A stretch of DNA of 30,532 nucleotides from a virus (Duplodnaviria > Caudoviricetes): IMG/VR virus record IMGVR_UViG_3300048598_000493, positions 1 through 30,532 of that record. One strand, written 5' to 3'. Position numbers and translations under genes: made by a program. The notes under the pieces were generated by a model. The model worked only from the letters and a program-made list of their open reading frames with translations. It did no database searches and was not told where the DNA came from. Shown here one piece after another: positions 25,286-30,532 of this stretch. Position 1 is the stretch's first letter. Every line of letters starts with the position of its first letter.

Positions 25286-25315
25286 TGAAAGCCGAACGTC
25301 CAGGACGGCCTTTAC

Positions 25316-25909
25316 TTAGGCCGCCAAATCAATGAGCTTGTATTCCCCCTTCGCGTCCTTACGATAAACGCGGATGTACTCCTTCGACTCAGTGATGGTG
25401 ATTGAGTCCTGAATGGCCTGCATGGCCCGCCCCCACTTGGGGTCTTTGATGTCGAGCTTCCGGAGGCTCAAGACTTTCGTGGTGGAGATGTTCCCCTGCT
25501 TGTCCACCGCGAAGGCTGAATCAATAAGGGCCCTGACCTCCGACCGCGCTCCGACCGTCCATTCCTTGATGCATTCGTCTATGAGGGCCTTGGCGGCCTG
25601 CAGGCGCTCGTCAAAGGCGATAGACTCGTCGATGGCAATCAGTACCCGATACGCCCCATCAAAGGAGGTGAGCGTTACGTTCCCCTTCCGGCCCCCAAGC
25701 TTCACGTTATACTGCTCGGCGGAGAGGGATACGAAAGCCGTGATGTCGTCCATGGCCTCCCGCCTAAAGGCCGCCGTAAGCTTGGCTAAATCTGAGGCCT
25801 TGGCCACGATGGCCCGTACTAATTCATCGCGGGCCTGGTCAATCTCGCTTATCAATTCGATGGGCACCAGACGGCCCTTCGAATCCCTCAAGTACTTCTG
25901 TTCTTCCAT
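25316..25909 (-). CDS. DUF3164 family protein
   Basis: YLRDSKGRLVP...DQARDELV, GGRKGNVTLTSFDG, FDERLQAAKALIDEC, SKEYIRVY. Confidence 0.9.
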   Translation of the reverse strand: MEEQKYLRDSKGRLVPIELISEIDQARDELVRAIVAKASDLAKLTAAFRREAMDDITAFVSLSAEQYNVKLGGRKGNVTLTSFDGAYRVLIAIDESIAFDERLQAAKALIDECIKEWTVGARSEVRALIDSAFAVDKQGNISTTKVLSLRKLDIKDPKWGRAMQAIQDSITITESKEYIRVYRKDAKGEYKLIDLAA

Positions 25910-25918
25910 ACGCGCTCC

Positions 25919-26116
25919 TTACGCCGCTGGCCGATCGGGCCCGACCGTAACCTTTTCCTGGATAATCTGACGCAAGCCAAAAAGCTCCGAGCGTGCCTCG
26001 CGGCAGGCGCCCACGGCCTTTTCTGGATCTAAAACGCCAGCCTCAACGGATTTCTGTACCTCATCGATCTTCTTGTTGATGGCCGCAAAGCCATCTTCAG
26101 CTAGTCCGAGTTGCAT
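25919..26116 (-). CDS. Small hypothetical protein
   Basis: 65 aa, GAGGTG RBS, packed in the early operon. Confidence 0.65.
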   Translation of the reverse strand: MQLGLAEDGFAAINKKIDEVQKSVEAGVLDPEKAVGACREARSELFGLRQIIQEKVTVGPDRPAA

Positions 26117-26119
26117 AGA

Positions 26120-26944
26120 TCACCTCTCTTTTGCCGGCCGACCCCGGCCGCGTTTTTGTTTCTCCTCGGCCACAGGGCCCAGGCCGCTCATCTTCTTAAT
26201 GACCTGAGGCATGCGCTGCTCAACGGGGGCTTTGAGCACGCCACGATCCTCCAGGTCCTCAATCGACTTGCAATACAGTTCCAAGGCGCAGGCAACGTCA
26301 TTCCCGGCCTTCAAGAAGGCTTCTTGGACTTCCGGGGCCGCGCTCTTTTCCAGGATGAACAGGTTCGCCATAGGGAGGAGCCGCCCGTATTCCTTCCGGG
26401 CCATACAGACATAGCTTCCCATGACCACCACGCGGTGCTTCTTTAGGACGAGATCGGGGACGCGGGGCTTACGGCGAAAGATGCTCGCGAAATCGTCTGG
26501 GGCGACCTCGAATTCATCCTCACCGGCGGGCTGAGGCTTCTCGGCGTCCGCCGGGGCTTCTTCGGCGCCCACCTTTACGATCCCCGCCTCGATATACGCC
26601 TCTCGAAGACCGGTATTTTCTAAAAACGAATCTGGTTCGTTTTTGAATCGGGCGAAGACCATCATGTATTTTTGGGCCGTCCTGGTCGAAAAAGGGCAAT
26701 TCTGTTCTACCCACTCGCCAAATTCCCCATGGTCAAGCGCTTCTTTAACCGCGGCCAGTCGTTTACCGATCTCAAAGGCAATTACCAGGGTTACCTTCCC
26801 CACCACTTTGAGCTTGTCATTAAGGTCGACGATTTCTGCCTCTACGGAGGAGAAATCTTTGAGCACGTATGGAGCGGCGAGCTGCTCTGCTGGGGTCTGC
26901 TCTATCTTGGCCAAATCAGTAATGGTTTCGTTCATCTCTTTCAC
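26120..26944 (-). CDS. DUF3102 domain protein
   Basis: FEIGKRLAAVKEALDHGEFGEWVEQNCPFSTRTAQKYM; basic AT-hook-like C-terminus KRGRGRP. The start may be ATG 26934. Confidence 0.85.
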   Translation of the reverse strand: MKEMNETITDLAKIEQTPAEQLAAPYVLKDFSSVEAEIVDLNDKLKVVGKVTLVIAFEIGKRLAAVKEALDHGEFGEWVEQNCPFSTRTAQKYMMVFARFKNEPDSFLENTGLREAYIEAGIVKVGAEEAPADAEKPQPAGEDEFEVAPDDFASIFRRKPRVPDLVLKKHRVVVMGSYVCMARKEYGRLLPMANLFILEKSAAPEVQEAFLKAGNDVACALELYCKSIEDLEDRGVLKAPVEQRMPQVIKKMSGLGPVAEEKQKRGRGRPAKER

Positions 26945-26961
26945 CTCGTATTTCGTAATTC

Positions 26962-26984
26962 AAAACGGACACCGTGTCCGTTTT
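26962..26984. promoter_or_regulatory. Perfect palindrome, candidate protein-binding site
   Basis: AAAACGGACAC-C-GTGTCCGTTTT between MuB and DUF3102; a related palindrome lies at 26622-26644. Confidence 0.6.
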
Positions 26985-27881
26985 CTATTTCATTAAAAGC
27001 CGCGCGGAATCCGCCACCACCTCCAGCGTGGGGTTCTCCAGGTGCAAGGCCCGCATTGAACGCTTGGTCAGAGTGATGTGATTAATAAGGGAGTGAAGGT
27101 TCTTTCGGGCGGCTTTCCAGAAGGTCTGGATGATGGGCTCATCGACTTCGGGCCAGACCGCGCGGACCACGGCGGCGGCGTCCTCGTCCGAGACATCATC
27201 AACGCCAAGGCAAATACCAATGCGGTTTTCAAGTTGGCGGTGGTCGTTCTTCAGATTCTTGATCCGGTGCTCAATGTTCTTGAGCCCGACAAAGACCAAG
27301 CCAGAATGGCCCTTATCGTTAATGGCGATGCGAAGGTATTCCATGGTGTTATCGGTGAGGTAGTTGGCCTCATCAAAAATCACCAGGATGTCGCGCTTCT
27401 GAAGCTCTTCCACAATCCGCGTGCTCACCTCGGCAATGCGGCCCTTTGAATCAACGCTCAAGGCCTGGGCTAAGCGCGCAACGATGGTGGAGAGCACGAA
27501 GGTGGGCTCACATTTTATCAGGATCGAGGTATAGGGGTTCTCCGCCTGGAACTCGGAAACGGCGCGGCTCTTTCCCGTCCCGGAATCACCAAGAATGAGG
27601 GAGATAAACTTCTCCTCCTGGGCGATGCGGAGGACGGTCTTGATTTGGCTCGTTCGCTTAAGGGAGACAAAGGGGATGGCCCCGGCCTCGTCCCGCTTCA
27701 TCTGGAGCTGAAGCCACGCGTAAACCTTGTTTTCCACGCGGGCGGTGTCTCCCGTATATTTCCCGGATACCCACTGGGACAAGGTCGCGGATGATAGGCC
27801 AATGCCTTCGGCGGCGCGAGTCAGGCTTATGTTGCGGGGCTTTATATAGCCGGTAAACTGATCTTTAACGTTATTCTCCAT
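26985..27881 (-). CDS. MuB-like transposition AAA+ ATPase
   Basis: N-terminal HTH (IGLSSATLSQWVSGKYTG), Walker A GDSGTGKS, Walker B VIFDEANYL, QLENRIG arginine finger. Confidence 0.93.
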   Translation of the reverse strand: MENNVKDQFTGYIKPRNISLTRAAEGIGLSSATLSQWVSGKYTGDTARVENKVYAWLQLQMKRDEAGAIPFVSLKRTSQIKTVLRIAQEEKFISLILGDSGTGKSRAVSEFQAENPYTSILIKCEPTFVLSTIVARLAQALSVDSKGRIAEVSTRIVEELQKRDILVIFDEANYLTDNTMEYLRIAINDKGHSGLVFVGLKNIEHRIKNLKNDHRQLENRIGICLGVDDVSDEDAAAVVRAVWPEVDEPIIQTFWKAARKNLHSLINHITLTKRSMRALHLENPTLEVVADSARLLMK

Positions 27882-29751
27882 TTCTTAATCCCTCCGATAA
27901 AAGCTCTAAGATTGAATCTTGGGAGCCCGATACGGGCTTCGGTGACAGATCCTCCGCTCCAGCGGCGAGGGCGAGCGGTACCTCCTGCGATTCCTTCGGC
28001 GCGGCCTCAAGTAGGCGCTCAACGCGTCCTTTGGCGTTAATGACCTCGGGGCTTTTTCCGGCAACCCGTTCCCGAACCATCTTGAGCGTCTCGCGGCGCG
28101 CCTTGTTGATCTTGGCGTTGTCGGCTTCCATGTCTCCGGTCTCCAGGAAGAAGTCAGCTTTAGCGCGGCAGAGCACGGCACCCTTGATGTCGCAAATGAG
28201 GGCGTCTTCCGGGGTGGCAATGGGGCGCCTGACCAGCACTTCGCGGCCTTGGTACTCCATAAGCTCCGGGGCCCAGAAGTTCACACCATCGATCCGCACG
28301 CCGTTCTTCCGCACAAGGCGGATGTCTGAGCGACTCAAGGCCAGGGCCAGGGCGTCTGGATCTACCGGCCGCATCTCAACGCGGTTTTCATCAAAGACCT
28401 CATTGGGCGTCTGGCCGTTCATGCCATTCCCCGAGCTATGCCAAGACGCGTTGTAATCCGCGATGAAGGCCGTGAGTGCCAGCACAAAGTCATCCCAGGG
28501 GTAGATATCATTCCGTTTGGCGCGCTTGTTAAGCGCTCGCCAGAAAAGCGCTGCGTCCTCGGGGCGCTCCGTGGTGTTCGAACCTACATAGGTGGGGATC
28601 TCGCGGGAGAAGCGCTCGGCCCAAATCCCGAAGGTGCGCTCAGTCCGGCCCTTTGATTGGCCGTGGTAGGGGCGGGCGTAAGTGACCGACTCCGAGAAGG
28701 CCGAATAGGCGCCGGCGAGATGCACGCGCTCTTCCGCCTCAAGGCCGCTCTCGTTCAAGACCCGCATTGAGCGCGTCTTGCCATTCAGCACCTCGGAGCG
28801 ATAGTCCTTTCCGTTATCGAGATGGATTACCTTGCAGGCCCCATACTGCGAGACGGCCATGAAGAACGACACCGCGATATTCAGGCTATTGGGGTAAACC
28901 GAGGGGCAGAAGCCAACGATCTTGGACGACCTGAAATCCTGGACAATTGTCACCCATGGCCGGAACATATTGCCCTCGCGTTCAACCAAGAAGTCAAAGC
29001 GATGATGGTCAGATACGAGCTGATCCATGGAGTGATACAGGCTCATATTCCGCTGGATTGACGGAGTGCATCCTTCCTCAAAGGCCGTGCGACCATACCG
29101 GAAGAACTCAACTACAGGCTTAGGCAGGCTCTTCAGGTAGCGCATGGCCGTGGGGTAGCTATGCGGGTTTTCTACGTAGGCGCACATGTTGTCATAGGCA
29201 TGCCGCATACTCGGCCGGCGATCCACCAACCAGAACTTCTCCAGTAACCCGCGCTCAAGATCAGTCAGGCTTTGGCCCAAGCCGCCCGAATTCTTCAAGG
29301 CGTATTTAGGGACAAGGCCATCTATTCCTTGATCACGGTATGCCGCAACCCATTTATAGAAGGTAGGCACGGCAACGCTCCCCAATTGGTTAATCAGCGG
29401 GCCCGATACCGTACCCGCGTTATACGCCGCAACGAAGTCCTCTATGCTCAGGCGTGAGGAGTTGTAGACGGACAAGAGCGCGGCCTTGAGGAGGCCTTTC
29501 TCTCTATCCTTCTCCCGGACTTGGGCGAAGACCTTCCCGGTAATGGGGCGATCAACGGGGCCGACTGTGGCATGATCCATGCGGTAACGAATGAGGCAGG
29601 ACCTCACATCTTCAGGGAGGCTAGATGCTTGCCAACGTCTTCCTTCCTTCGTCTCTCGATATATCCAATGCTCCTTAAATGCACGCTTTTCAACGTTCTG
29701 GCGCGCTATTCCCAAAGCATCAGATAGAAGGTCAGTTGAAACCTCATTCAT
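27871..29751 (-). CDS. MuA-like DDE transposase
   Basis: N-terminal Mu HTH; LVSDHH, IHLDNGKDY, GQSKGRTERTF (D-D-E); C-terminal VRKNGVRIDG domain. Start MNEVST at 29751 (GGAGG RBS, ATGA overlap). Confidence 0.95.
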   Translation of the reverse strand: MNEVSTDLLSDALGIARQNVEKRAFKEHWIYRETKEGRRWQASSLPEDVRSCLIRYRMDHATVGPVDRPITGKVFAQVREKDREKGLLKAALLSVYNSSRLSIEDFVAAYNAGTVSGPLINQLGSVAVPTFYKWVAAYRDQGIDGLVPKYALKNSGGLGQSLTDLERGLLEKFWLVDRRPSMRHAYDNMCAYVENPHSYPTAMRYLKSLPKPVVEFFRYGRTAFEEGCTPSIQRNMSLYHSMDQLVSDHHRFDFLVEREGNMFRPWVTIVQDFRSSKIVGFCPSVYPNSLNIAVSFFMAVSQYGACKVIHLDNGKDYRSEVLNGKTRSMRVLNESGLEAEERVHLAGAYSAFSESVTYARPYHGQSKGRTERTFGIWAERFSREIPTYVGSNTTERPEDAALFWRALNKRAKRNDIYPWDDFVLALTAFIADYNASWHSSGNGMNGQTPNEVFDENRVEMRPVDPDALALALSRSDIRLVRKNGVRIDGVNFWAPELMEYQGREVLVRRPIATPEDALICDIKGAVLCRAKADFFLETGDMEADNAKINKARRETLKMVRERVAGKSPEVINAKGRVERLLEAAPKESQEVPLALAAGAEDLSPKPVSGSQDSILELLSEGLRNGE

Positions 29752-30071
29752 ATTACCGCCTCCCGCGCTTCGCGCTGGAGATCCTGAACTATGACGAGGC
29801 AATTCAAGAAAACCTGTTCCTCATAGTGAGCAATCCGCGGCTGGATGAGGAGGCTTACGGCCTTCACGGCATTAACTTTGAAGGTCTCTAGTTTTGCCTT
29901 CTCAAGCCAGGGCTGGTACGGTAGGCCGATCTGACCAGGGTGAGAGGGCTCGGTAATGTAATCAATACCATAGGCTTTTAGGTTAAAGAGAAGCTCGCTC
30001 GTTATGCCCTGGTAGTTGATCCATACGTAATGCTTTTTCTCATCTACCGAAAAGATGGAAGCGCTAAGCAT
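29748..30071 (-). CDS. Hypothetical protein, translationally coupled to the transposase
   Basis: AAGGAGG RBS before ATG 30071; stop overlaps the transposase ATG. Confidence 0.7.
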   Translation of the reverse strand: MLSASIFSVDEKKHYVWINYQGITSELLFNLKAYGIDYITEPSHPGQIGLPYQPWLEKAKLETFKVNAVKAVSLLIQPRIAHYEEQVFLNCLVIVQDLQREAREAVI

Positions 30072-30166
30072 TAGCGGCCTCCTTCCTTTTGAAAGAAAAG
30101 AATCCCCCCTCTGGGTGTATACTGAAGGCACCACACGCTTCAAAAACCCAAAGGAGGGAATTAATC

Positions 30167-30532
30167 ATGGAAGAAAAGGACTTCGAAACCGTATATGGCC
30201 TAAACGAGCTAATTAGTTCGGCAGTTATTGGTTTCTTTATCCGAACCTTTAAAGCCGGTCCTTTACAAGTTAGCGGCAAAGACAGAATGCTCTCAGATGA
30301 TGCCAACGCAGCCCTAGATATATTTAAGGATTTCTTCATGGAAAAACCTACATTTATTAGGGCCTTAAGCATCATGGATGCTATGATTGAAAAAGAAATA
30401 GCAATCATCAAATCCGGGGCAATTCCTAACAGCATGGAGAAAATTGCCAAGGAAGTTATTGATGCTTCTTTGTCTTTCTGTAACGAACAACCTCGGGAAT
30501 GGAATATCATCAGATTCCCTCCTCGCGGTTGA
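30167..30532 (+). CDS. Hypothetical protein, divergent and AT-rich
   Basis: AAGGAGG RBS before ATG 30167; 121 aa; the only well-supported + strand CDS. Confidence 0.7.
   Translation: MEEKDFETVYGLNELISSAVIGFFIRTFKAGPLQVSGKDRMLSDDANAALDIFKDFFMEKPTFIRALSIMDAMIEKEIAIIKSGAIPNSMEKIAKEVIDASLSFCNEQPREWNIIRFPPRG

Larger units (their letters stand above)
1..30532 (-). mobile_element. Mu-like transposable prophage/phage (siphovirus-type tail), interior portion
   Basis: MuA DDE transposase and MuB ATPase followed by Mu-type gene order (DUF3164, GemA, lysis, gp25-27-like, terminase, DUF935 portal, MuF, protease, capsid, tail). No sheath gene. Phage ends not visible. Confidence 0.96.

Noticed and set aside
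25262-25315. Hammerhead or HDV-like (theta) ribozyme next to the tRNA-like element
   Set aside because: No CUGAUGA core on either strand, and the hairpins lie 5' rather than 3' of the tRNA-like unit.
1-30532. CRISPR array, rRNA, phage termini or MuA end-binding sites
   Set aside because: No regularly spaced repeats or rRNA-like sequence were seen; both window edges coincide with gene stops rather than Mu TG...CA ends.

Overview
The window is the interior of a transposable (Mu-like) prophage or phage with a non-contractile tail, almost entirely on the - strand. Reading right to left it carries MuA transposase, MuB ATPase, DUF3102, DUF3164, GemA, two nested Xis-like HTH genes, a lysis block (C39-like endolysin, holin candidate, overlapped spanin-like pair), terminases, portal, MuF with a C-terminal LPD3/BECR-like domain, an accessory block (orphan DNA methyltransferase, DUF488 plus partner), protease/scaffold, decoration and capsid proteins, neck and tail genes, a tape measure split by one in-frame TAG, and a large tail-tip/receptor-binding protein. 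Neither phage end nor the repressor is in the window. The most striking unexplained features are: (1) an A10 slippery run that fuses portal to MuF-toxin by a -1 shift; (2) a sigma70-type promoter driving a ~65-nt structured RNA convergent on that toxin gene, where an immunity ORF would be expected; (3) a 69-nt tRNA-like element before gemA; (4) two cases of gene overprinting; and (5) a shared late-promoter motif with start-occluding hairpins. Family assignments come from motif recognition and synteny by eye; no database searches were run.
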